The notes below the pieces were generated by a model. That model was not told the DNA's origin and made no database searches. It worked only from the letters and a program-made list of their open reading frames with translations. The translations under genes were made by a program, and so were the position numbers. A stretch of 64,000 nt of DNA, taken from IMG/VR virus record IMGVR_UViG_3300037067_019009, positions 64,001-128,000 of that record; one strand, written 5' to 3'. Origin of the DNA: a virus (taxonomy: Duplodnaviria; Caudoviricetes). Below are positions 52,272 through 63,250 of the stretch, piece after piece (the first letter of the stretch is position 1; each line of letters begins with the position of its first letter).

Positions 52272-53150
52272 CTAGAAAATCAGGGATCCTTTATCTTCCC
52301 ACCTACTGTATAATCTACCATCCTCACGGATAATTAGGTACCTATAACTATCATCACGAGGGGACATGCAATCACCAATGGCCAGAACTGATATACCATT
52401 TATACTATACCTCATGTTTCCATTCATCTCCTCCTCTAATGGAGAACATCGGTGTTTGATGTCATCAAGTAGATTCCTCCACTGCTTCTCTGTAACTCCA
52501 TTCTTCAGTACCCACTCTCTTTGTGGGCAATCGTAGTCAAGAGCATGAAGGCGTTTGAAAGTGATCTGATCTGCTCCAAGACTAGCTGCTCTGGAAAGAT
52601 AGCCTAAGAAGTCCGAGTATTGATGCAGCGAGAAGTTATCTAGCTGTATCATATTATATGACAAACGAAGTATGAAACCCCACTTCTTAATAAGGTCACA
52701 AATATCCAGTAAAGGAGTAGGTACCCTTTCCGGACGTCCTATAATCTTATCATTTACCACGTCACTCCATGGATCACAGACGGATAGAGAAACAGTAGAT
52801 ACCCCCAGTGCCTTTAGAGCTTTCAGCACACCTCTATTAGAAAATAGAAGACTGCCTGTCGTCTGGATTTCTATCTTATGAAATCCTGCCACCCCTAGAA
52901 GGTCGTGGTACCCCGCCAACCTAAGTAAGAACTTTATATTTTGCAGAGGCTCGCCATTTGCGGTAAGCACCATCGTATCGCAACCATACTCCTTAGCATA
53001 AGCCATTCGGCGTATATACGAAGTACCTTCGTTTCTGGAAGTACTTTCCCAATCGGCTATAGAGTTTCTCCCATTCCCTACCACGCAAAATGGGCAGTGG
53101 TTAACACACTTAGCGGTAGGAACTACGATCTGTAGGGTTTGTCCATGCAT
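52272..53150 (-). CDS. Radical SAM protein
   Basis: CVNHCPFC, ANGEP, EIQTTG, DGRLYSRW..KGSLIF. Confidence 0.9.
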   Translation of the reverse strand: MHGQTLQIVVPTAKCVNHCPFCVVGNGRNSIADWESTSRNEGTSYIRRMAYAKEYGCDTMVLTANGEPLQNIKFLLRLAGYHDLLGVAGFHKIEIQTTGSLLFSNRGVLKALKALGVSTVSLSVCDPWSDVVNDKIIGRPERVPTPLLDICDLIKKWGFILRLSYNMIQLDNFSLHQYSDFLGYLSRAASLGADQITFKRLHALDYDCPQREWVLKNGVTEKQWRNLLDDIKHRCSPLEEEMNGNMRYSINGISVLAIGDCMSPRDDSYRYLIIREDGRLYSRWEDKGSLIF

Positions 53151-56063
53151 ATTTCTTTCCCCTTAACATAAAGGTTTACTGCGAGCTTGCAAGGTACTTT
53201 ATACCTTCAATTACAGCAAGAGTAAGCTGGGCCTTATCTTTTGGCACAGCTATATCGGTATTCTCTTCAGGAAACAAGTCCTTTATAAGTAGTTCAGCTA
53301 CCTTTTCGGCCACAAAGTTCATAGTGGGAGGGCTATCTGTATTCCTACAGTCTATGTAATAAGCATATCCAGTCCACCTCTGGAAAATATCCGCACTACC
53401 ATAATCTATAGGGCCAGGCTTTGAAAAGTCTGTAGAAACAGCATATACCCTTTGTGGTTCACCTTTACATTCACTAACCATAAAAGCTACCTTAACTTCA
53501 CCACGCATCCTTATCTGTGCTTGGATATCACCCTTGTGACTCATAATACATAGGAGACCATCTATAAGCAGCTGCTTAAGCAGAAAGTCTCTGTACTTTC
53601 TCATTTTTTTCGTCATAGTAAGTTCCCTCGCGTAATTGCGCATTTCATACAGCTTGAAGCAAAGATGTATTTTCTTCCCGGAATATATCCCTAACCATAT
53701 CTCTCCAATCTGGGCCGAACTTCTCCTCGAGTACCTCAATAAAACTGGTGGGCAATACTCGCATATCCTCTATTGAAACCGCCACCACATCCACCCCATG
53801 GAGATGTCTATTAACATTCAACATATCGATTAAAAGCTCTTCTACCTTTATTGGATCGCACCCTCTAGCCCTACGGTACTCTGGATAATCGAGCTGAGGT
53901 ATCCCATCCAGGCACACAGCTTTGAGTTTCTTACCCGGTAATATATCCATGGCAATAGCCTTGGCATGAGTAATACACATCGCGGTAACACAGATTCGCA
54001 CCGAAACTTTGGTAAGGATATCGGTAACTTTCATCTTATAGCGATCATACGGTGGGAAGTGAAATCTGCAGACTTTACCATTAGCCCAACCTGACCTATC
54101 ATGAGGTGACGCTCTAAAGCCTTTTTGTTCCCTAATGGTCTCTGTTTCCTGATAAGGATGTACTTTAGTATCACACACAGCACAAAGGCGACTTAGAGGG
54201 GGCTCGGCAGGGTACTTTAGATCAACCATCCAATGGAACCCACACACATGGCAACCATACATCAGATACTTGCCTGTACTTATATTAGCCATAGACATAG
54301 TAATATACCTTAGATTACTCCTCCATATACTTAGAGCTTAGCCGCGATCCCTCTATCTCAGATTCAAGCTCCACAATCCGTATACGAGCGGCTGCAAGTT
54401 CTTTGCCCTGCTCGTAATACCACTTCTCTAAGTCATCCCAACTAACTTGGCCACAATGCAGCCTCCTTTGAAACTGCTCGAATGTCTCTTCTTCAGCCAT
54501 CTCTTTTCCCCGATCCCATTTATTAGGTGTATTATGTCTCCAGCCCGATATGGGAAGCGTAATACTCACCAGCCATCCCACCTAGGGAGGCAACCGTGTT
54601 AAGAGCGGTTTCAACACTGATAAGAGACTGTAATTAAGTATTCACTTTCTGTAATAAGACCACGGTTGCAAAGATCCCTCATAAGAATGAAGGTCATATG
54701 TGTGACAAGTTCACCATTAAGGAACTTGACAAATTTAGCAAGTTCCTCCTCATCATAATCATCTACCTTACAACATTCAGCGTGGAATTTATAATATTCA
54801 TCATTGCGCAAGTCTTCATCAGCGACTATATTATAGTTACTTAGACCATAAACTTCCTTGATAAAATCATTCCAGTCGGCATAATCGATTACTCGGAACG
54901 TTCTATTTGTATATTTTAGCTTTGGCATTCGTTCTCCTCCACTGAACCAGATGATCACTATATGATTACCGGTAAAAAGCCAAGTGCCAAAAGCCTCCCG
55001 AAAATCAATAGTTGCTATACTACTCAATCTCAGATGCTGGGAAAATTATGGGTCTACTCGCTCGCAGTCTTGTCTTGTTCCACAATCCCTACAATGAAAT
55101 ACTACCACCCCACCACTGGGACTAACCTCTATCGTAGCATTTAACGAGCTACATATGCGGCATACCACATCTTGAGACACCACATCTGAAACATTATCCA
55201 GGTGTAACTGATAGTTCTCGGAATAATAGCTCGTACCCTTCATCAGAGCCCGGGCGTTCTCTTTTAGTCCTGTCACAATCGCCTCAGAAATATCCATTAC
55301 ACTTCCTCATTAATAGGAGGTTGGCCAAGCCTTACATAGCCCAGCCAACCTCTGTGCGGGATAACCGCACTATCACACCTAGCGAGGGTGGTGATATCTT
55401 GCTTATGAATCTTTAATATCGAAGTCCCAGTGACCTTCGATATCTCTAACTCTCAGTTTTCCACATATAGAGCATCTTTCATATATTCTTGTCATTTCCA
55501 TCTCTATTCCCAGCAGGTTTTCCCCAACACCATGGTAGTACTTAAGTACCTTATACTTGTGCCCTATGTTCATGAAACACACTTCGGCACTTCCTTTCTT
55601 TGAGTAACGAGGAGCCAACATGTACAAAAAAGGGGCATGGTTCCAGCCCCTCACCAACATAGGCCGGAACCATACCACAAGTAACTATATATTATATACC
55701 GCTTAGGCGCAAGCTGCCTAGCTTAACCCTAATCGCCTTATCACCAAAGTTACCACTTCTTCTTGTTGGGCCTCAAGAACCTTGTTTCTTGTAGACTCAT
55801 CAAGATCTTTTACTGTATCATATATCAGCGCAGCCTTCTTATCAACCTCATGAGAATGAATCTCATTACCCACCACTGAGACCGCGCTTTTAACATGGCC
55901 CAACGCTGAGGAGACAAACTCCTTAGTCTTTCCCTTAGCATCCCTCACTGCTTCAGGTAAGTCTATCTCCCTGGAAGTCTTTATCGCTTCGACACCATAC
56001 TTTGCCGCAGCAGCAAGCAGGGCTGTTCCCAGTAGAAAACTGAGCATCTGTATTTCCTTTCTA

Positions 56064-58076
56064 TTAGAAGATCATACCTCTTAGCTCTTCCAATTCCTTC
56101 ACTACTTTATCTGGCGTTTGCCGAGTCTCCTCGGCACAGGATACCATCCCCTCTGCGTTCATCACACAGGTATCGATATACCCGATCCTGCGACCAGATG
56201 CCTTCATCCTGTTCGGGTCGGATAGTCGCTTTCCTATCTGGCCAACGATACCGCCCACCACATCCGGATCCTGCCGATGCCTGCCTACCCGTAGGTAGCC
56301 TGCTGGGAATCTCCCGAGAGCTTTGGCCTTAGGGCCTTCGTACCTTGTCCCCAACTCCGTCTTCAGGGAAACGTCTCTGTGCCAGGCATTCGACTCCAAG
56401 ATCTCACAAGTCAGGGTATCGTCCGAGTACCCATACTCCTGAGCTACGTTGACGATATCGGACTCTTTCAGTGGGGCATTGTGGTTGACCACCATTCCAC
56501 CGAGATCCTTGGCTATTTTATTCAGAGCCAGTGTTAATCCTATTAGCTTTAGGCTGCCATGCTTCTTAGCTGATGTAATATCGAACACCACATCAGCCTG
56601 CTGTATAGAGCCATCGCTCCACTTAACCCACGGCATTGCGTTATCCGGGAGTATGTTTGCCACTCCCTTGAACGCGTCTGCCTCTGACTGAAGTTTCATT
56701 CCGGTCGCCGGAAGTATCTCCTCTTTCCCGGCAAACTCCCGGTAGAGAATCTCCTCACCGACTGGCCGTGGAATTACCAACCTCTCTATCTCAGCCGACT
56801 CGTACCTATGAGAAGGTATTTGAGCCGGTATCACGGGCCAGGACTTAGATCTCGCAAGCCATCCAGTAAACCTCCGGTACCCATTGCTGCTTGCTGGACC
56901 ATACTTTAGATCCCATTCTATCTCGCTGGCTCCAGTGGCCATTGCCGCCTTTTTGCGGGCATTCAGATTCGAGGCCGAGGCTGCTAGCCACTCTTTCCAC
57001 AACCTTATTCTCGCTGCGGTCTTTTCATCCACTCTCGCCTTCACAAAGATGGATTCCTTAGGAGATCTCACCTGTAAAGACACTTCGTCGCCATCTCTGA
57101 CCATCCTGCTATTTCTGCCGCATGAGTGGATCCCTCCGCGGCAGTTCACTAGTCCATCTATGCCATGAGTATGTATAACCTCATGCTCAACTGTCAGTCT
57201 CTTGGCAGCTGACTCTGAGACGATTACTGAGTCATTCAAGACTCCCACAGGATTCCCTTCCGAGTCTATCCAGCTCATGCCGACGCAGATCAGATTTACC
57301 ATATCCGGATAGATATGGTTTCCTTCTACCTTCACCAGAGGCTCCTCCGCCCCAACGATCTTTCTCAGATGGGTCAGCCCTCTAGCTGTTTTCCATCTGG
57401 TTGGATTCAGTAGCCAAGCCAGTGGCTGAACCGAGACGTATATCGGATATCCGTATTCATCTACACAATCAGCAGACGTACCCGGATTGCCCGGCTGTGT
57501 CGCGCATAGTTTCGAGACGCTATTGTTCTCGAGGAACTGGAGGAATATCTTCCTCTGTGCTAGTAACACATCGTTCCTCATCACCCCGGGGATGAATGGG
57601 ACTTCAGTCTTGCTGTCCAAGATGATGGTCCTTCTCTGTGCCTCGGTCTCGAAGCGCGTCTCGACCTCATCCCAGGCTCCCTCCTCGGTATACATCTCCG
57701 AGAGGGTTCTATTCGCCAAAGCAGACAGTGCTCTAGCTCCTATCTCAGCCGGAAGCCTAACTATTCTTCCCAGTTCGGCTGGAGAATCTCTCTTTATTCG
57801 GAACATGAGATAATCTTCCAACGTTCCGAAGGCTCTTACAAGCGGATTAAAAATCTCTCCGGACTCATCTGGGACGAAAGTAACTGATACTGCCGGCCTG
57901 AATACCGGTGTAGACCCGGTCGGAAGTAGTATTCGCTCACCTATCACTGGGAGCTTGGTGACAATATCTCCCAGCATAGCGAACATCGACTCTCCCTCTC
58001 TTACGACTAACAACTCTTCCGACTTCTTAAACGAAGTCTCACTTGCGCCTGTTACACGTGTAATTACCTCATTCAT
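56064..58076 (-). CDS. RNA polymerase beta-like DPBB subunit, highly divergent
   Basis: LNDSVIVSES (cf. FEDSILVS); GMKLQSEADAFKGVANILPDNAMPW..SDG..ADVVF (cf. GDKMAGRHGNKGV...DMP...G.PVDIVL). Confidence 0.8.
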   Translation of the reverse strand: MNEVITRVTGASETSFKKSEELLVVREGESMFAMLGDIVTKLPVIGERILLPTGSTPVFRPAVSVTFVPDESGEIFNPLVRAFGTLEDYLMFRIKRDSPAELGRIVRLPAEIGARALSALANRTLSEMYTEEGAWDEVETRFETEAQRRTIILDSKTEVPFIPGVMRNDVLLAQRKIFLQFLENNSVSKLCATQPGNPGTSADCVDEYGYPIYVSVQPLAWLLNPTRWKTARGLTHLRKIVGAEEPLVKVEGNHIYPDMVNLICVGMSWIDSEGNPVGVLNDSVIVSESAAKRLTVEHEVIHTHGIDGLVNCRGGIHSCGRNSRMVRDGDEVSLQVRSPKESIFVKARVDEKTAARIRLWKEWLAASASNLNARKKAAMATGASEIEWDLKYGPASSNGYRRFTGWLARSKSWPVIPAQIPSHRYESAEIERLVIPRPVGEEILYREFAGKEEILPATGMKLQSEADAFKGVANILPDNAMPWVKWSDGSIQQADVVFDITSAKKHGSLKLIGLTLALNKIAKDLGGMVVNHNAPLKESDIVNVAQEYGYSDDTLTCEILESNAWHRDVSLKTELGTRYEGPKAKALGRFPAGYLRVGRHRQDPDVVGGIVGQIGKRLSDPNRMKASGRRIGYIDTCVMNAEGMVSCAEETRQTPDKVVKELEELRGMIF

Positions 58077-58080
58077 CCTA

Positions 58081-59451
58081 TCAACCCTCGCTAGCTATAA
58101 GTGTATTTTGAAACCACTCGGCCATAGTGGTTTCTTCCGGCACAGACTGCATGAATTCCCAAACCGGCGGGTTCATGCTATTTCCATGTAGAATTGCGAA
58201 CGCTAGATTATGGTTCGCTTTCTCTCTTATATCACCTCCCTCGAGTATCTCATACATCGCTCTAAAAGTCGCTGTATCCAGCCCCTGTTTAGACAGGCTG
58301 GACTCCACCTTTTCCCAGGAATATCCCGGGAGACCTCTGAGGAGTCCATACAACCCTCTTGGGTCAGACTGGTTATTGTGCTTTTTATCAAAGCACAGCT
58401 CAATCGCGGCCGTCATCGCCGATGACCATGATTGATAGTCGATGGGACAGTTCTCTATCATATCTATGACTGCGAACCCAGCATAGTATATGAGTGAGAG
58501 ATTCGAGATCCATAATTTCTGCTCTATGGCGTCTACCACCGAGCTCAGCGGATCGACTTGAAGGTCCTCATGATCTTTCCACGTCATGGCCTGCGGCGTA
58601 ACCGCCATGGGTTGTAAGTTACCCATGGCAACTATCTTATGCCAAGCCAATTCCGACTTGGCTTCCCTGCTCCTTGGAATTATTATTGAGGGGGTATCTC
58701 CATCACAGTCCCCCTCCACGAGATCCATCTGGCTCATTACCCTGTCCCCCATCTTGAATATAGATGGTGAGACGAAGATCACAAAGTCCTGGCCCGGAAC
58801 TTCCCGCACGGTGCATGACTTCGCTCCAGTAGTGGGCCATCTGGAGAATATACCATAATCTCCATCTCCCACTATATTTCTTCTCTTTATAGTGGAAGTT
58901 CTTCCATGCTCATCCACGAAGGTTATGGACTTTTTATTATTCATACGATCCATTACCTTAGTGGAGAGCCCGATCTCTCCCGGCTTAAGAGCAGAGAAAT
59001 CTCCACTCTTGAACCTGCCGTATTTAAAAGAGGAGTGGTTTATGTGTGGGATGGCCACTAGAGCTCCCGACACCGTAACCCTCAACCGGCCAACCTTCTC
59101 CTGCAGCGACTTGGCCACGGCAGCCTTATAAGCAGCCAGGAACCTCTTCATCCCGCGCTCAACAACCGTACGGTTGTTACTATGTACCCCTCGTACCACT
59201 TCATTCAGGGAGATTAGGATGGGAGTCAGAATTATATTCCCGCTGGAGTCTCTGCTAGCCCCCATCTTGATAGAAGGAGGAAGAACGATATGGTCTATCT
59301 TGTGGCCACCAGGAAAAACGCCACCCAGATCATAATCAAACTCCAAAGGAATACAAGTAGTAGTCTGGAAGGACTCTATAATGGTGTCCTTCAATGGAAA
59401 ACTCCGGCTGACCAAACCGGTTCCATCAAACAGTTCCAAAGGTCTTAACAT
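58081..59451 (-). CDS. RNA polymerase beta'-like catalytic DPBB subunit, highly divergent
   Basis: RVTVSGALV...LKPGEIGLS, SRWPT (RxP), EGDCDGDTPSIIIPRSREAKSEL (cf. NADFDGDQMAVHVPL..EA). Confidence 0.85.
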   Translation of the reverse strand: MLRPLELFDGTGLVSRSFPLKDTIIESFQTTTCIPLEFDYDLGGVFPGGHKIDHIVLPPSIKMGASRDSSGNIILTPILISLNEVVRGVHSNNRTVVERGMKRFLAAYKAAVAKSLQEKVGRLRVTVSGALVAIPHINHSSFKYGRFKSGDFSALKPGEIGLSTKVMDRMNNKKSITFVDEHGRTSTIKRRNIVGDGDYGIFSRWPTTGAKSCTVREVPGQDFVIFVSPSIFKMGDRVMSQMDLVEGDCDGDTPSIIIPRSREAKSELAWHKIVAMGNLQPMAVTPQAMTWKDHEDLQVDPLSSVVDAIEQKLWISNLSLIYYAGFAVIDMIENCPIDYQSWSSAMTAAIELCFDKKHNNQSDPRGLYGLLRGLPGYSWEKVESSLSKQGLDTATFRAMYEILEGGDIREKANHNLAFAILHGNSMNPPVWEFMQSVPEETTMAEWFQNTLIASEG

Positions 59452-60089
59452 GTCACACCTCGCTATAGTGATTTGGAATCGGAACCAATTTACATAGGCA
59501 CTACCTCCGCAACCCTACACCTATGAAGTCTTATTGTACCACATATCACTTGGTTACAGCTGCCACATTATTATCGCTAACCATCGATCTCACTTTCCTC
59601 TCTATAGGGCATGACCATAACCACCCTCAGACCAAGCCGACGCAGTATCTTACGAAGCTCTGCTATGCTATCCGCCTCAATAGGATGAGACCCATCATGA
59701 ACATGCAAATGAGTGTCAATGGTAAATGGCCGCCACTTACCATGACGATCTTCCTTAATATAGACGCTGACCTTACAACCAAAAGGACGTGTATCATATA
59801 CATCAACCATATGTATAACCTCGCTCCCTATCTTCTGCCATCGTTGGCTCAAAGAAACGCGTGTTGAGATTATCGGTAATAAGGTCATGATCTTCGAACG
59901 CGGCCTCCATGTCTTTCCACACGCCAAGCGTCTCAAGATACACATCGAGTTCGGCCACAGGTACGGAATCATCCCCAGTCAGCACCTCACCTATAGTGTG
60001 AGTGTTGAATCTACTGGATTCCACCTCCACCCCAGTCTCCTTATATTTGAGTTTCATCTCATATCCTTTCAGGAAATCTAATCCTTCAG

Positions 60090-60755
60090 TTAAGAGTCCG
60101 TTCCAAAGCAGACCTCAAAGTCTGTTACCTTCGGCTCCTCTGGCCTGTTCGCCAGATAGGAAAGCAGATGCTCAAGCGCATGGTCACTGATATAGTGGTC
60201 ACTTACACGACCAACAGTAGTCGATAAGTAATGATCACTTACCAACCTCCCCCAATACACTTCTTTTGCGCTGGAGATCCAGGAAACAAAACGCCGCCCA
60301 CTAATAGACAGGAAATCCCCATCCTGATCTCGTCGTAGATCCTTAAGTATATCAGGCTTACATATAGCAAACACCGATCTTACTCTCCCAAGATGTACTG
60401 GTATCTCCACATGGGACTTATAATACCAATCCACTTCCTGATCTCTTTTCAGCCCATACTCTCGAGCATCCTGCACCCAAGGGTCTCCCTTAGGAAACAT
60501 TTTGAACTTACTATAAACCGAACTGCCCTCGAAACTCATTTTCAGTAACCGTTCCCAGAATGGAGGAACAAGTAAGGAACCCCGCCCCATACTATCTAGA
60601 ACGATATCTGCTAGTGATAGCAGGTATTTGTCACCACGACGTACATTGTCACATAGAGCAGGATCATCCCTGCTTTCCCACAGGTAACTTATTGCCTCAC
60701 AAAGAGGCATCATCTTAATTTCATTGGTAACAGAACTCTCCACTGATAGTTCCAT
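60090..60755 (-). CDS. Hypothetical protein
   Basis: 221-aa ORF with GGAGG RBS. Confidence 0.7.
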   Translation of the reverse strand: MELSVESSVTNEIKMMPLCEAISYLWESRDDPALCDNVRRGDKYLLSLADIVLDSMGRGSLLVPPFWERLLKMSFEGSSVYSKFKMFPKGDPWVQDAREYGLKRDQEVDWYYKSHVEIPVHLGRVRSVFAICKPDILKDLRRDQDGDFLSISGRRFVSWISSAKEVYWGRLVSDHYLSTTVGRVSDHYISDHALEHLLSYLANRPEEPKVTDFEVCFGTDS

Positions 60756-60792
60756 ATTAGTTAACCTCCTGAGAAGCCCAACTCGGTCTAGT

Positions 60793-60876
60793 ATTTACTA
60801 AGACTTACCAAAAGTCTACCAAATAGCTGCTAAATATCTATTGAATATTTACCGAAGGTCTACCAAAAGTCTACCA
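60793..60876. repeat. Degenerate 11-bp tandem repeat (about 8 units, GTCTACCAAAA-like)
   Basis: acttaccaaaa gtctaccaaat agctgctaaat atctattgaat atttaccgaag gtctaccaaaa gtctacca. Confidence 0.75.
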
Positions 60877-61029
60877 CTCCTCCCATCCACACTCACATGC
60901 ATACGCATATGTGACCTGATACTATCCAATTCTCTCCTCATCTGTGTCTTATCCCCCCTGCACCCCCCTCCGGGGGGATATGTGAAAGTCTCTTAACATA
61001 GCTTTCTTCTGTACTGGGGTCAAAACCTG

Positions 61030-61248
61030 TGTTTCACGCTCAGCCCCACTCAGAAACCCTATTGTTTGACAGTCATATCCAGTTCATAGACTCATCAACT
61101 AGAATGCAGTTGGCCTGTTACACGCTCAAAATCATGTGTTACACGCTGTAACACCCCATAAAAGTCGCTACATTACCGGGGTCAAAACGAGCCTCGTCCC
61201 CGTTACACGCTGTTACACGCCAGAGCTCGTTCATCAATGTGTGAAACA
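61030..61248. repeat. Cluster of TGTT(A/T)CACG half-sites
   Basis: At 61030, 61116, 61137, 61202, 61211, and an inverted variant GTGTGAAACA at 61239. Confidence 0.75.
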
Positions 61249-61484
61249 TATGTTAGGTTCTTAAGCCTGTGTTACCAGAATTACTAGGGTATTCCCCCTC
61301 GTAGATTCAAAGTCATTGGGTCGTGTAGTCAAAGACTCCACTTCGTAGAATCAAATTTTAATCTACGAACAGCCCAATGTGCTTGTATCTTCGATACAAA
61401 GAGTCCGCTGTCTGCGCAGTCTTTGAACATACGTATATGAGCGGGGATAGAGGGAATACCCTTGATGCAATTGTCTCTCTGGTT

Positions 61485-62207
61485 TTAGGACTTTTTGCCT
61501 CCAGACTTGACCGTCTCCTTGGCGGTAGGCTTCTCGGTCGTCTCTCCCACCGCGGCGGGAGCAGTTGTCTTACTTTCTTCCGCCGTTCCAGCTTCAGTCG
61601 GAGCCTGATACGGCGTGTACGTTAGGCCGAGCCCTTCGTGGTCTATCGGCAGAGCGTAGGCGAAGTGTTCAGACGCCATCTTAGCCATAGAGCCCATTGA
61701 CAGACTCGCGATTGCTCGCGGGCCCGCTGCTCTCCTGACCACCGTGACTGTTTCCTGCGTGACCGGGTCTTTACGGTCCTCCGTCCACTCAGGCCACTCA
61801 GAGGTAGCTTTTACCCACCGCTCTCCTCCGGCATCGATGCGCTGCCCAGCCACTGAGGCGCCTCCCCCAGCTAGGAGAGTGATCCCATAGAAGGTGCCGA
61901 TCATCGGGAGTTGTATCGTTACTGATGCCGATCTTACTTCCCCATCATCGGCGGTGTTAACGTTGTAGAAGAGCTGTCCGAACACCTCCGCGTACATCTC
62001 CGTTCCGTCCACGTCCACCCGCATCAGGTGCTCTGGCCGAATGTTTTCCGGGGAATCCAGAAGAACTCTCTTGCCTTCCGAATCCCGCCTGCACATCTCC
62101 GCGTAGTGCGTAGACCTTTTTACAAGCCCTGCTTCAAACGCGGTGAGGCCGCTCCTTTTTAGCGACCCTTCCTCTGGCGCTACCGTCGTAGTTTTAATCT
62201 GTTGCAT
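61485..62207 (-). CDS. Hypothetical protein with low-complexity C-terminus
   Basis: 240-aa GC-rich ORF, AAGGA RBS. Confidence 0.75.
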   Translation of the reverse strand: MQQIKTTTVAPEEGSLKRSGLTAFEAGLVKRSTHYAEMCRRDSEGKRVLLDSPENIRPEHLMRVDVDGTEMYAEVFGQLFYNVNTADDGEVRSASVTIQLPMIGTFYGITLLAGGGASVAGQRIDAGGERWVKATSEWPEWTEDRKDPVTQETVTVVRRAAGPRAIASLSMGSMAKMASEHFAYALPIDHEGLGLTYTPYQAPTEAGTAEESKTTAPAAVGETTEKPTAKETVKSGGKKS

Positions 62208-62428
62208 TTCAAACCATCCTTTCTTTCATGAACTCGATATTGAGTCCATGTATCTTTATTCGCCCGACCATGTCAGAACTCACGGCTGAGCAGTTACCCT
62301 CATCCGCCGAAGGCGTAGCGCTATCTTTATTGGCGTTCCCCTCCGGCTGATGAACACACACCTCCAGGTTTATTATCCGCCGAAGGCGGGGCTAGTTTGT
62401 ATATATCTAGCCCCACCAAGTAACATTA

Positions 62429-63250
62429 CTATCTCAAGTTACCTCTTATCTCTGAAGGCAGGAGATTATAGATAAGTCTCCTATGACAATTTACACCCTC
62501 GCTTTCCCAACAAAGTAAGACCAGGTGATTAGTATTCAGTTCCTTAGCGGCCTTTGTTACTAAATCACCAAGCTTCTCGGATAGGTTCCTTCCTGGAATC
62601 CCGGATAACTTTCCTTCAAGCTCAGCTTTGTATCTAACGGCATAGGCTTCCCAAGAGATACTAGCAGTTTTATAATCTGCAAGCAAGCACCTACTAGGGG
62701 TAAGCAGATGTATTGTTTTTCCAACGAAATCCGCCGGGCTAGACCTTGCTATAGATACACCAACAGCACCATCGGGAACTTTCATTTTGAAGCTGGCTGT
62801 GCTTACCAGCAACGCTCCACTGCCTCCTTTCATTGCAGCATAAGCAGCCATATCCACCTGTTCGTTACCTTTAATCCCAGAGTGGCCAGGAACCCACCGC
62901 CACTCTATGTCTACACCACTCGACCGAACCTTAGCGGCGTAATCGGAAGTGTAAACATTCTTTGCTCTCCATTCTCCCCTAACCCACTTTGACAAGCCTT
63001 CATAGTCGTGGTATAGTGTTACATATGTAACACCTAGTGCCACTAACCTGTCGAGGGCTCTCATCACGGCTGTGCACTCACCAGCCACATTACGCTGTGA
63101 TTTGAAGCCCTCCTCAACATCATTCCCGTGAGCAGATACAACTCTCGTGTCGGGGAACACTATCTTGTACGCCCAACCGACATCAATAACATTGTCATGG
63201 GTATGCGCACTGCCATCCACGTAGACTTCAACTACGCTTTCCATAAACAT
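62429..63250 (-). CDS. Ribonuclease HI fused to a DUF488-like domain
   Basis: VYVDGS, RNVAGE, HDYEG, WVPGHSG..GNEQVD; C-terminal SIARSSP...LLCWE...CHR. Confidence 0.88.
   Translation of the reverse strand: MFMESVVEVYVDGSAHTHDNVIDVGWAYKIVFPDTRVVSAHGNDVEEGFKSQRNVAGECTAVMRALDRLVALGVTYVTLYHDYEGLSKWVRGEWRAKNVYTSDYAAKVRSSGVDIEWRWVPGHSGIKGNEQVDMAAYAAMKGGSGALLVSTASFKMKVPDGAVGVSIARSSPADFVGKTIHLLTPSRCLLADYKTASISWEAYAVRYKAELEGKLSGIPGRNLSEKLGDLVTKAAKELNTNHLVLLCWESEGVNCHRRLIYNLLPSEIRGNLR

Noticed and set aside
336-62992. Plus-strand ORFs in the track
   Set aside because: Nearly all are antisense shadows of well-supported minus-strand genes, with no recognisable motifs
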